Shown: positions 18,249-27,487 of the stretch, one piece after another
How positions within the stretch are numbered: position 1 is the first letter of the stretch
Layout: the number at the start of each line of letters is the position of its first letter
Source: an uncultured Spirochaetia bacterium
GTDB lineage: Bacteria; Spirochaetota; Spirochaetia; JABEVK01
Direction: 5' to 3'
Length of the DNA: 64,000 nucleotides
Assembly (NCBI GenBank): GCA_937960645.1
Contig: CALGPJ010000005.1
Span: 831-64,830 of the forward strand
Translations under genes and position numbers: made by a program
The notes under the pieces: model-generated
The model's database searches: none
Told to the model about the DNA's origin: nothing
The model's input: only the letters and a program-made list of their open reading frames with translations

Positions 18249-19097
18249 ATGAAGAAACGATTGTTCCTGGGCCTTCTCCTGGCCTTCGGCTTGTTCCTTG
18301 GCTCCTGTGCCAACATCAGCTCGCCGCCGCCGGACTTTCCTACTCCGCCGCAGACCGTTACGACGCCTCCCTCCTTCCTCGAGGCGTACTACGCTCCCGC
18401 TCAGAACCTGACAGGTAGTGCGCTCAAGGCGGCCCTGCACAACATCATCAAAAACCACACCATCGTTCCCTACGGTACATCGGGGAGCGGAGTTTGGGGC
18501 GCCTTGATGGACCTGGATGAGGATCCCAATAACACCAACAACGTGATTTACGTCTACTCCCGTCGCAGTGAGCCCAAAAATCGTACTCAATACAATTATC
18601 CGTCGGATATGGACGCCTGGAACCGGGAGCACACCTTCCCCAAGAGTCGGTCTTTCAACAACAGCAAGTGGCCGGCCTACACCGACCTCCACCACATGCG
18701 CCCCGAAGACCGGACCATCAATTCTTCGCGCGGGGACCGCGACTTCAAGAGCGGCGGAGAACCGCACTCCGAATCGCCCAATATCAAGGTCGCACCAGGA
18801 ACCTGGGAACCACCGGACGAAATCAAGGGGGATATCGCTCGCGGGATGTTTTACATGGCCGTCCGCTACGAGGGCACCTCTGCAAACGAACCGGACCTGG
18901 AAATCGTTAACCGGGCCACCAGCTCCGGAGAACCCAACATCGGCTACCTTAACGACCTTCTGGCCTGGCACGACCTGGACCCTGTCGACGATCGGGAGCG
19001 GTTGCGCAACGAAAAGATTTACCAGCGCTACCAGGGCAACCGTAACCCCTTTGTGGATCACCCCGAATGGGTGCGACTGATATGGACGGAAGAATAA
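18249..19097 (+). CDS. endonuclease I family (Bsn/EndA-like) lipoprotein
   Basis: Lipobox LGSC. NREHTFPKS, DLHHMRP, KGDIARGMFYMAVRY, YQGNRNPFVDHPEW. Confidence 0.92.
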   Translation: MKKRLFLGLLLAFGLFLGSCANISSPPPDFPTPPQTVTTPPSFLEAYYAPAQNLTGSALKAALHNIIKNHTIVPYGTSGSGVWGALMDLDEDPNNTNNVIYVYSRRSEPKNRTQYNYPSDMDAWNREHTFPKSRSFNNSKWPAYTDLHHMRPEDRTINSSRGDRDFKSGGEPHSESPNIKVAPGTWEPPDEIKGDIARGMFYMAVRYEGTSANEPDLEIVNRATSSGEPNIGYLNDLLAWHDLDPVDDRERLRNEKIYQRYQGNRNPFVDHPEWVRLIWTEE

Positions 19098-19308
19098 GGA
19101 GCCCCTTTTCGCAACGAGTGCAGGGTAGTACCATACCTCCCAGGGATCCCTCGCCATAAACAGCGATGAGGAAGGAGAACCTGTAAATTCCCCAAAAATG
19201 GGAAGGATGGTGCCGCCCCACGCCCGAGTTTTCGGTTTTCCTGGTACATGGTTTCTTCTTTTACGGGCCAGGCAGTACGGGGTATGGGCTGCGATGTCAA
19301 TGGCCCCT

Positions 19309-19824
19309 TCACTCCAAAAAGTGCTCCTCGTGGTCGCACCTTCGGTAATCGTAGAGCTCCGTGGGGTCGAACCACACGGCCAGCTCGCGCTCGGCCTCCT
19401 CGGGGGTGGCGCTGGCGTGGATGACGTTGCGAATGGACTGGTTGGCGTCCCGGCTGAGGGCGTAGCCATGATGGCTAAAGTCCCCACGAATGGTTCCGGG
19501 AGGCGCCGTGAGAGGTTCGGTGGGGCCGCACAGCTTGCGCATCACCTCGACGGCTCCGTTCCCGTGGACGGCCAGGGCGAGAACCGGTCCCGAGAGCAAA
19601 AAATCGATGAGGTTTTTCCAGACAGTCTCGCCATGGCGCTTGCCGATGTCTTCCCAGAGATAGTGGGCGCGGGCCTGGTCTTCGGTCGCCCGGACAAGTT
19701 TCATTCCGCGAATGTTCAACCCCGCATCCTCGATCCGGGTGAGAATGCGGCCGATCAAGCCACGTCGAATCGCATCGGGTTTGAAAAGAACGAGGGTTGT
19801 TTGAAAATTTGCGTCCTTGGCCAT
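19309..19824 (-). CDS. ndk: nucleoside diphosphate kinase
   Basis: TLVLFKPDA, PGTIRGDF, NVIHAS. TATAGT 9 nt upstream of the ATG. Confidence 0.95.
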   Translation of the reverse strand: MAKDANFQTTLVLFKPDAIRRGLIGRILTRIEDAGLNIRGMKLVRATEDQARAHYLWEDIGKRHGETVWKNLIDFLLSGPVLALAVHGNGAVEVMRKLCGPTEPLTAPPGTIRGDFSHHGYALSRDANQSIRNVIHASATPEEAERELAVWFDPTELYDYRRCDHEEHFLE

Positions 19825-19928
19825 AGAATTGTTACTATAGCGGAAACGGGGCGTTCCGCAAGGGCCGGGGTTCATCCCCGGTGCAAACCGTTCGATACTT
19901 AAAGTAAATCGTTGGAGGATGGTATTCG

Positions 19929-21275
19929 ATGAATAAAATGTTTTTTTTGATCTCGCTCCTGATGATCCTTTCTGCTTGCCAAAGCGTGAGTGTCAAATAT
20001 ACCGAAGGCGTCACGGTTCTTCCGCCGAACCAGTACCCCGCCGAACTGGCTGAGCTTTTCAAATCGCTCGGTGACCGAGATACGCCCGAGGCCAACGACA
20101 TCGTCAAACGATGGGAAGATTGGATGCAGGAACGCGGCGGACTTCCCCTCCTTCAGGGGAACAAAGTGACCTTCGTTTTCTTCTACAGCAATACGGAGCT
20201 GAATGTTTCGCGCGTCAGCCTTCAAACCGACTTCAACAACTGGGCGGAACAGGACTACCTTTACCGGTGGGGGCAAACCCGTTTGTTTTATAAGACCTAT
20301 CAGCTTCCCGAGATCGGTCTCCGGCAGTACAATTATCTGGTTTACGACCTGGAAATCCCGCGTATCGAGCTGGATCCCCACAACCCCGCCATGACACCCG
20401 GCCGCCCCAGGAGGAACATCATGGGCTTTGACAGCAACAAAATGGGCATCGTGAGCTTTTTCCGGGGCCCCATTCCACCAGAGGGCTTCCTGGTTCGCGC
20501 CCGTGAAGTTTCGGTGTACACGCCGCCCGGGTACCGAGAGCGCCCCAACCAGCGTTATCCCGTGTTCTACATGATGGATGGCCAGAACATTTGGGACGGC
20601 TCGGGCCTTCCCTTTGGCGGTTGGAAGGCCAACACCATCGCCGACCGCCTCCTCGAGGAACGCAAAATCGAGCCCTTCATCATCGTGGGAATCGCCAACT
20701 CGTCGCGCCGGGCCGAAGAGTACGTGGGCGGAAGCATCTTTCACAAAATGACGCCCACCCTGGACGAGGGCTTCGTCAGCCAGGCCAGGCGCCTTCACGA
20801 AGAGTTCCGCCGCTACGTGGTCGAGGTGGTCAAACCCTTTATCGACAAAACCTACCGCACCCTTCCCGACCCTGCCAACACCGCCATCGGGGGGGCCAGC
20901 TTTGGGGCAGGAGTCAGCCTGAGCATCGCCTTCGCCTACCCCGGTGTCTTCGGCAAGGTGGCGGCCGTCAGCGGCGGAAACTATTCCCCGGGCAATCCGC
21001 AGTGGGAGGGCAAACCCTACGTGATGTACCCCTGGCTCATGGACACCCTCATTCGTCAAAAGCTCCCCATCAAGATTTGGCTGGACTGCGGTACCGAAAA
21101 CGTGGATGCCCTCTTCGTTCCCCGATCCCGCGAGATGAACGAACACCTGCTCCGTTTGGGCTGGAAGGAGGGTCAGGACCTGCGATGGGTAGAGGACCGC
21201 GGGGCCGGACACAACGAGGCGGCCTGGGCCAAACGCCTTCCCGAAATCTTCACCTTTCTGTTTCCCCGGCGTTAA
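19929..21275 (+). CDS. alpha/beta hydrolase (Fes/IroE-like esterase) lipoprotein with N-terminal CBM48-like domain
   Basis: Lipobox LSAC. YTPPGY, YPVFYMMDGQN, nucleophile GASFG, HNEAAW. Confidence 0.85.
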   Translation: MNKMFFLISLLMILSACQSVSVKYTEGVTVLPPNQYPAELAELFKSLGDRDTPEANDIVKRWEDWMQERGGLPLLQGNKVTFVFFYSNTELNVSRVSLQTDFNNWAEQDYLYRWGQTRLFYKTYQLPEIGLRQYNYLVYDLEIPRIELDPHNPAMTPGRPRRNIMGFDSNKMGIVSFFRGPIPPEGFLVRAREVSVYTPPGYRERPNQRYPVFYMMDGQNIWDGSGLPFGGWKANTIADRLLEERKIEPFIIVGIANSSRRAEEYVGGSIFHKMTPTLDEGFVSQARRLHEEFRRYVVEVVKPFIDKTYRTLPDPANTAIGGASFGAGVSLSIAFAYPGVFGKVAAVSGGNYSPGNPQWEGKPYVMYPWLMDTLIRQKLPIKIWLDCGTENVDALFVPRSREMNEHLLRLGWKEGQDLRWVEDRGAGHNEAAWAKRLPEIFTFLFPRR

Positions 21276-22291
21276 CGTGGCCGCAGTGCCACGAAGGGAA
21301 AGTATTCACGGTTGATCTCACTGATGGCCCGGAGCAGGCTCCGTTCCCCGGGGTCGTCCTGGCCCAGCTGCCAAATCATCACACCCGCCAGGCCCAACCG
21401 TCGGGCGAGCCGGGTCTTTTGCCCAATGGTTTTCGGACCATTGAAATGGTAACCGCCAGCCTCATCCCGATCGGGGCCAGGGTCCAGCTTTTTGATGATG
21501 TCCCGGTAGCTCAGGGCCGGACCTGTACCATGTTCTACCGCGATACGACCATAGAACGGCAGCCCGAGGACCACCTTTTCGGGGGGGACCTGGCGGAGGA
21601 TCATCTTGAGGTGCTGACGGGTTTTTTCGTAGCTGGCATGGATACCGCTGTCGTCGTAACTCATGAGGTGAACCTGATCGACGTAACGGTAGCTCTCCGT
21701 GAGCAGGGGGACGTAGGGGCTGACGGCAACGCTGAGCTTCAGCCCATACGGGTCAAACATCTGCCGCAGCTGCGCCAGCAAGGCCACAAAGTCGCTCAGG
21801 GATGAGCCGCGCGGGTATTCCCAGTCGATGTCCACGCCGACAAAGCCTTCCTTGACAGCGGTCCGGGTGATTTGTGCCGCGAAGTGCCGACGCAGCTGCG
21901 GGTCGGCCGCAATTCGGGCCAGCGAATTTTGGTAAGGCAGGTCCCCCAGGTCCTTGATCCCCAGATGGAGTCTCAACTGGTACTGCTGCCCCCACTGTCT
22001 TACCCGGTTCCACTCCCCCCGCCGGCCGGAACTGATTTTGATCGATCCGTCGGCTTCGGGGGTGGCGGCGAAATACACCAAATCGGTCAGGTATTCCAGC
22101 CGTGAGGGTTCCACCGTAGCCAGGCTGTAGACGGGGAGGTACCCGGTGATTTGAAACTGGCCGGGGTCGGGACGCGGAGAGGGCCGGCTGAAAATGAATT
22201 CGGGTTCCACCCTCTCGGGAAGGATCAGAGAGGGCAGGTAACAGGAACCCAACAGGGCCAGGAAAGCAAGCCGGAGCCAAGACATTTCCAT
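21272..22291 (-). CDS. glycoside hydrolase family 18 (chitinase-like) lipoprotein
   Basis: GVDIDWEYP catalytic motif, LMSYD, LGLPFYGR, GVMIWQLGQD. Lipobox LGSC. Confidence 0.9.
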   Translation of the reverse strand: MEMSWLRLAFLALLGSCYLPSLILPERVEPEFIFSRPSPRPDPGQFQITGYLPVYSLATVEPSRLEYLTDLVYFAATPEADGSIKISSGRRGEWNRVRQWGQQYQLRLHLGIKDLGDLPYQNSLARIAADPQLRRHFAAQITRTAVKEGFVGVDIDWEYPRGSSLSDFVALLAQLRQMFDPYGLKLSVAVSPYVPLLTESYRYVDQVHLMSYDDSGIHASYEKTRQHLKMILRQVPPEKVVLGLPFYGRIAVEHGTGPALSYRDIIKKLDPGPDRDEAGGYHFNGPKTIGQKTRLARRLGLAGVMIWQLGQDDPGERSLLRAISEINREYFPFVALRPR

Positions 22292-22313
22292 CACAATATA
22301 GCATAATGGGGGC

Positions 22314-23036
22314 ATGATTGGCATCATCGGTGCGATGGAAGAGGAAGTCACCCTGCTCAGAAGCAAGCTGGAATCGATTCAGGAAATTCAGCATGGTGGT
22401 ATGGTCTTTTACACAGGGAAGCTCCACGACACGGATGTGGTCCTTGTCCGATCCCGAATTGGCAAGGTCAACGCGGCAAGCGCCACCACCCTTTTGCTGC
22501 GGGAGTATCGGCCGCGTTACGTCATCAACACTGGCAGTGCCGGGGGGCTGTTGAACCAGATCCAACGCTTCGGGGACGTGCTGATTCCCGACCGGCTGGC
22601 CCACCACGATGTGGACGTGACAGCCTTCGGTTACCGTCCCGGCCAGATCCCCGGTCAGGAGGCCGACTACCCCGCCCACCCTCTCCTGGTGGAAAAGGCC
22701 GAGGAGGCCATGGAGAACCTGTTGAAAGAGGGGATTTTTCCACCGGGTACCCGCCACCACCGGGGCCTTCTGGTCAGTGGAGACTCGTTCATCGCGGATC
22801 CCGAAAAGGCTGCGCGAATTCGAAAGACCTTTCCGAACGCGGTCGCGGTGGAAATGGAGGCGGCGGCCATCGCCCAGGTCTGCGTCAATTTCGAGGTGCC
22901 CTTCGTGGTCACCCGGGCCCTCTCAGACATTGCCGGGGTAGAGAGCCCCATGAGCTTTGCAGAGTTTTTGCCCATCGCCGCCACCCGCAGTGCGGCCCTG
23001 GTCGAACGCCTGATTCAAATGGTACAGGAGGTATAA
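22314..23036 (+). CDS. mtnN: 5'-methylthioadenosine/S-adenosylhomocysteine nucleosidase
   Basis: IGIIGAMEEE, IGKVNAA, NTGSAGG, SGDSFI, VEMEAAAIAQVC, RALSD. Confidence 0.96.
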   Translation: MIGIIGAMEEEVTLLRSKLESIQEIQHGGMVFYTGKLHDTDVVLVRSRIGKVNAASATTLLLREYRPRYVINTGSAGGLLNQIQRFGDVLIPDRLAHHDVDVTAFGYRPGQIPGQEADYPAHPLLVEKAEEAMENLLKEGIFPPGTRHHRGLLVSGDSFIADPEKAARIRKTFPNAVAVEMEAAAIAQVCVNFEVPFVVTRALSDIAGVESPMSFAEFLPIAATRSAALVERLIQMVQEV

Positions 23037-23038
23037 CC

Positions 23039-23524
23039 ATGGATCTCAAAAAAATCGTGAGTTTCACCATCGACCACATCCGAATGAGCCGGGGGGTCTT
23101 CGTATCCCGTGTCGACGAGGTGGGCGGGGAAAAAGTCGTCACCTTCGATATCCGCATGAAGGAGCCCAACCGTGAACCCGTGATGGACATTCCCGCCCTG
23201 CACACCATCGAACACCTGGGCGCCACCTACCTCAGAAATCACCCGGAACTGGCAGATCGGACCATCTACTTCGGGCCCATGGGTTGCCGCACCGGCTGTT
23301 ACATGATCCTGCGCGGCATCGAGACCAGCGAAGAGGCTCTCACCATCGTTCGGGACATGATGCGCTGGATTGTGGACTTCAATGACCAGGTACCCGGTGC
23401 GGCCGCGAGGGATTGCGGCAACTGGAGGGACCACAACCTCGACATGGCCCGCTGGGAGGCCAAAAAGTTCCTGACCGAGGTGCTGGAACACCCGCGGCCC
23501 GAAAACCTTCAGTACCCCGCGTAG
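23039..23524 (+). CDS. luxS: S-ribosylhomocysteine lyase
   Basis: SFTIDH, FDIRM..PN, HTIEH, GPMGCRTG, CGNW. Confidence 0.96.
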   Translation: MDLKKIVSFTIDHIRMSRGVFVSRVDEVGGEKVVTFDIRMKEPNREPVMDIPALHTIEHLGATYLRNHPELADRTIYFGPMGCRTGCYMILRGIETSEEALTIVRDMMRWIVDFNDQVPGAAARDCGNWRDHNLDMARWEAKKFLTEVLEHPRPENLQYPA

Positions 23525-24534
23525 GTCCCGCGAGAGCCCAATAGCCCGCAGGCGGCCTCGATGTCCTCACCCCGGCTTTTGCGGATGGTCGTGCGGATTC
23601 CCTTGTCGAGCAACACCCGCTGAAACTCTTCCATGCGCTTGCGGGAGGCCGCCTGAAATTCCGTCCCGGGGACGTTGTGGAACTTGATCAGGTTGACGCG
23701 CACCTCCAGGCCGTGCAGGAGCCTCACCAATTCCCTGGCATGGCGGGGACTGTCGTTGAGCCCATCGAACACGATGTATTCGACGTAGATCCGTCGTTTC
23801 CCGTCCTCGTGGCGCCTCAGCAGGTCAATCACTCGACCGATGGGCCAGACCTTCTGGCAGGGCATCAACCGGGCGCGCTCCTCGTCGAAGGGAGAATGAA
23901 CGCTCAGGGCCAGGCGCACCGGGGTTTTGCGCAGAAACTCCTCGAGGTGGGGCAAGACCCCGACGGTGCTGACGCAGATGCGCTGGTGGCTGAGTCCGTA
24001 GCCCCAGTCTGAAATCAGGACCTCGAGCGCCTGCAAAACCGCTGCCATGTTGTCCAGGGGCTCCCCCATGCCCATGAAAACCAGGTTGGTAATCCGCGAA
24101 CGTTCGGGCAGTTGCGCATACTGGCCCAGGATTTGACCGCTTTCCAGATTGCCCTGGAATCCCAGCCTCCCGGTCATGCAAAACTTGCAGCCCATCTTGC
24201 AACCCGCCTGGGTACTGAGACACAGGGTGGCTCTTTCATCCTCGGGAATGTAGGCGGCTTCCACCGTTCCCGAGGGGACTGGAAACAGGTACTTTTTGGT
24301 TCCGTCCGCGGACGCGGCTCCCAGGTGGGGATCGGGCCGGTCCAGCGTGAAGCTGGCCTCCAGCCGGCTGCGCAGGACCCTGGGGAGATTGGACATCGCC
24401 GCAAACGAGCGGCAGTCCTTGTGGTACATCCACTCGGCCAGCTGGCGGGCGGTATACCTGGGGGCGTTCAGATCACGGCAGAGTTGTTCCAGCTGGGAAA
24501 GTGTCCATCCAAAAAGGCTGGGCAAAACGTTCAT
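23509..24534 (-). CDS. rlmN: 23S rRNA m2A2503 methyltransferase (radical SAM)
   Basis: DGTKKYL, CLSTQAGCKMGCKFC, MGMGEP, RGEDIEAACG. Start placed at MNVLPS. Confidence 0.95.
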   Translation of the reverse strand: MNVLPSLFGWTLSQLEQLCRDLNAPRYTARQLAEWMYHKDCRSFAAMSNLPRVLRSRLEASFTLDRPDPHLGAASADGTKKYLFPVPSGTVEAAYIPEDERATLCLSTQAGCKMGCKFCMTGRLGFQGNLESGQILGQYAQLPERSRITNLVFMGMGEPLDNMAAVLQALEVLISDWGYGLSHQRICVSTVGVLPHLEEFLRKTPVRLALSVHSPFDEERARLMPCQKVWPIGRVIDLLRRHEDGKRRIYVEYIVFDGLNDSPRHARELVRLLHGLEVRVNLIKFHNVPGTEFQAASRKRMEEFQRVLLDKGIRTTIRKSRGEDIEAACGLLGSRGTYAGY

Positions 24535-24621
24535 CGGAAAAAAATCATGCCACAATTCGGATTTTCGTTCCAGAGTACGTTCAAAATGCAAAAAAAAGTG
24601 CATATATCTGAGGAGGTGAGT

Positions 24622-25620
24622 ATGTTTTATCGAAAAGTGTTTGTGGTCATCCTGCTGGCGGCGTCGTGCGCTCAATCGCCCGATATTTGGGTCCCCCGGG
24701 AGGTGGACTTCACGCCGCCACGGATGGTTTCCTGTGAGCGGGACGGTTCCAATACCGTCGTCCTGCGCTTCGACAAACCAGTCGCCCAGCTGTCCATCAC
24801 TGCCCCCGAAGGGGAGGTTGGCCATCAAAGCGAGGACAGCCTGGATTTCCGACTTTCCTTCAGTGTGGATCCCCAGCCTGGGGCCGAGTGGGTTCTCAAG
24901 GTTCAAGCCGCCGACGGAGCGGGAAATAGCGCCCTCTATCTGGTGGCGGTGTACGGGGTCAACCCCCGACTGCCCCCGGTGCGCCTCAACGAACTGAGCA
25001 TCCAGGGCAGCAACACCAAACCGGATTACATCGAACTTCTGGCTCTGGGGGACGGCAACCTCGCAGGACTGGTGGTTGCCCTGGGGAAACCGGCCGACGG
25101 GGAGGCCTTCTATACCTTCCCCTCGGTCGAGGTCCGCAAGGGGGACTACATCCTTTTGCATACCAAACCCCAGGGAATCCCGCAAGAAAAGGATGAGACG
25201 AAGAACAAGTGGGAAAGCGGCGGACTGCTCAGCTCGCCAACGGCCTGGGATTTCTGGTGGCGCGGGGGCAAGGGGCTTTCGGGCACGAACGGGCTGGTGG
25301 TGTTGTTGGACAATCCGCGCGGCCGCGGTTTGGACGCTGTGCTGTACTCCAACCGCACCTCAGCCAGCGACGACCGCTACCAGGGCTGGGGCAGCGCCGC
25401 AATGCTGCAGCGGGTGGAATGGCTGGCGCGCCTGGGCACCTGGGGGGACGGCACGGCGGAGAAACTCGCCCCCGAGGACGCGGTCCCCTCGTCGTACGCG
25501 ACCTCGACCCGCACCTTGAACCGAAAGAACACCGGCAGCGGCAAGAGTGCGTGGTTCACGGGAGCCAGCGGCACGGCAACCCCCGGGGCCGTCAACACCA
25601 CTCAGGCACACAGCCCCTGA
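24622..25620 (+). CDS. lipoprotein with a lamin-tail-like domain
   Basis: AGGAGG SD, lipobox AASC, Ig-like N-region, LNEL...DYIEL motif, C-terminal ATPGAVN. Confidence 0.7.
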   Translation: MFYRKVFVVILLAASCAQSPDIWVPREVDFTPPRMVSCERDGSNTVVLRFDKPVAQLSITAPEGEVGHQSEDSLDFRLSFSVDPQPGAEWVLKVQAADGAGNSALYLVAVYGVNPRLPPVRLNELSIQGSNTKPDYIELLALGDGNLAGLVVALGKPADGEAFYTFPSVEVRKGDYILLHTKPQGIPQEKDETKNKWESGGLLSSPTAWDFWWRGGKGLSGTNGLVVLLDNPRGRGLDAVLYSNRTSASDDRYQGWGSAAMLQRVEWLARLGTWGDGTAEKLAPEDAVPSSYATSTRTLNRKNTGSGKSAWFTGASGTATPGAVNTTQAHSP

Positions 25621-25628
25621 ACGTCATG

Positions 25629-25958
25629 CTAGGGTGCGAGGACCTTGTCGAGGTAGTCGTCCAGGAGGGCTTTGGGGTAGGCCCCGGTTTTTCGGCCGAT
25701 TTCCTGACCGTTGCGAAAAATCACCAGGGTGGGGATGCTGTTGATCTGAAGCTGTTCGGCGATTTCAGGGTGGACATCGACGTCCACCTTGCAAACACGG
25801 ATCACCCCCTGACGCTCCTGGGCGATCTGCTCCAACACGGGGGCGATCATTCGGCAGGGACCGCACCATTCAGCCCAAAAATCGACCAGGACGGGCTCGG
25901 AGCTGGATTTGATGGTTTGTTCAAAGGTTTTTGAGTCCAGGGCGGTGATGTCGGCCAT
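25629..25958 (-). CDS. trxA: thioredoxin
   Basis: DFWAEWCGPC, SIPTL. Confidence 0.97.
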   Translation of the reverse strand: MADITALDSKTFEQTIKSSSEPVLVDFWAEWCGPCRMIAPVLEQIAQERQGVIRVCKVDVDVHPEIAEQLQINSIPTLVIFRNGQEIGRKTGAYPKALLDDYLDKVLAP

Positions 25959-25960
25959 GG

Positions 25961-26731
25961 TCAGTCCTCCTTGGGGGGTTTGAGATCTCTCAGGCGGAAA
26001 TCTACAATAATTCTATCCCAAAAAGCAAGTGCCTTTTCACAAACCTCCTTTATCCGGGTATCGTTCGAGGCACTGCCCGTCTGGATCAGCACTCGTGTCC
26101 GGTGGAGCCAGAACGAGGCCCGCAGGATGAGCTCCTTCTGCTGTTGGGCGATGCGGTTGAGCGGAGCGGGTTCCGTCAGCAACGATTTGTACACCTCCTC
26201 TTCCCGACCCAGCCGGCCGCTGGCGGGGATGAGCTGGCTCAGCTCCAGATCCCGCTCCCGTGTTTTCTGGCTGTCGATGGTTCGCAGGTGCGGGACCATC
26301 TGGGGCCAGATCGAGGTGGCCAGCCATTCCAGGGCCCCGTAAAGTTTATCCACGTCGAGGTTTGCCTGAGGGTGAATACCGCGGGAGGGATAGGGTTCGA
26401 TGGCCTTCTGCAGTTTTTCGATCACCCGGTCCGCGTAGCTCTTGGGCTTGTCGGATTTCGGCCGGGGATTCATCTCGGCCAGCAGCTGTTCCCGTTTTTC
26501 TTCTTCTGCTTTGGCCATCAGGGCTTTGAGGATCTTGATTTCTTCGCTGAGGAAAAACGCCATGTCCATCATCTTGAGGCGGGCCAGGCGGTAGCGGTTT
26601 TCGAACTCCTGCTTGGCCCTGGGCGGCTTTTGGTAGTGGACGATGTAGTGATCGTACTCCTGGAGGATCTTCTCGACGGCCTTCTCGATTTCCTGGGCCT
26701 TGAGGCCCTTCCCCAAAAGCCAATCGAGCAT
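25961..26731 (-). CDS. hypothetical helical protein co-transcribed with the trp operon
   Basis: 256 aa ORF 3 nt after trpA and 2 nt before trxA. Confidence 0.7.
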   Translation of the reverse strand: MLDWLLGKGLKAQEIEKAVEKILQEYDHYIVHYQKPPRAKQEFENRYRLARLKMMDMAFFLSEEIKILKALMAKAEEEKREQLLAEMNPRPKSDKPKSYADRVIEKLQKAIEPYPSRGIHPQANLDVDKLYGALEWLATSIWPQMVPHLRTIDSQKTRERDLELSQLIPASGRLGREEEVYKSLLTEPAPLNRIAQQQKELILRASFWLHRTRVLIQTGSASNDTRIKEVCEKALAFWDRIIVDFRLRDLKPPKED

Positions 26732-26734
26732 GAT

Positions 26735-27487
26735 TCAATCCAGAAGGGACCGAACCCGAGCGCACAAGAGCTCGGTGTAGTCCTCGGGCTTGGAGTCAGG
26801 GGGCATTTGGCCGATGGCGCGGACCAGGTGGCTTCCCACCACGATGGCATGGACGTGGGGAGCGAGCAGTTTTACCTGGGAACTGCTATCGATGCCGAAG
26901 CCGCCGAAGACACGCACCCCACGCGTTTTCAGCGATTCCAGAAAGTCCAGCACCTGGGGCTGCAGCTCGGTATGGGTGCCGGTGATGCCGCTGCGAAGGG
27001 CCACGTAGATGTTGGAAAAGCCGCCCTGAAGAATGTGCTCCAGACGCTGCGGCAGGATGCTGGGCACGATGACGGGCATGAGGTCCAGGCCCACCTTTCG
27101 GGACTCCTCGGCAAGGCCCTCGTCCTGGCCGTAGGCCAGATCGGGGACGATCAAACCGGTCACCCGGTGCTCCCGGGCACGGCGGCAAAAGGAGGCGATC
27201 CCCGGCGTGTACACCAGACTGGCGTAGGCCATGATGTAAAGGGGCACCTCGGGCAGGGACTCCCGAATGCGCTCGATCAGTTTCCACCCCCTCTCGGGTT
27301 TCCACCCCCGATCCAGCGCCCACTGGCAGGCCCCCTGGATGGTGGGACCGTCAGCGCTGGGGTCGGAGAACGGAAATTGCACTTCCAGGTAGGCCGCACC
27401 CCCCTGGACCATGCCCAGGGCAGCGCCCAACGACGCCTCGTCGGAGGGATAGCCGGCCACCAGATGGGTCATCAGGAGCTTAGCCAT
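26735..27487 (-). CDS. trpA: tryptophan synthase alpha chain
   Basis: LEVQFPFSDPSADGPTIQ, IVPDL, GITG, GFGI, VVGS. Confidence 0.95.
   Translation of the reverse strand: MAKLLMTHLVAGYPSDEASLGAALGMVQGGAAYLEVQFPFSDPSADGPTIQGACQWALDRGWKPERGWKLIERIRESLPEVPLYIMAYASLVYTPGIASFCRRAREHRVTGLIVPDLAYGQDEGLAEESRKVGLDLMPVIVPSILPQRLEHILQGGFSNIYVALRSGITGTHTELQPQVLDFLESLKTRGVRVFGGFGIDSSSQVKLLAPHVHAIVVGSHLVRAIGQMPPDSKPEDYTELLCARVRSLLD

Noticed and set aside
19190-19225. Cobalamin riboswitch-like fragment (AAUGGGAA...GGUG)
   Set aside because: The remaining core motifs are absent or out of order, and there is no downstream co-directional gene.
22314-23524. mtnN-luxS as a novel quorum-sensing locus
   Set aside because: This is a well-known SAH detoxification/AI-2 pair, and no receptor genes are adjacent.
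23509-25185. 558-aa extended RlmN suggested by the ORF track
   Set aside because: The extension is antisense to the 24622-25620 lipoprotein. The RlmN homology and a promoter-like element support a start at 24534.
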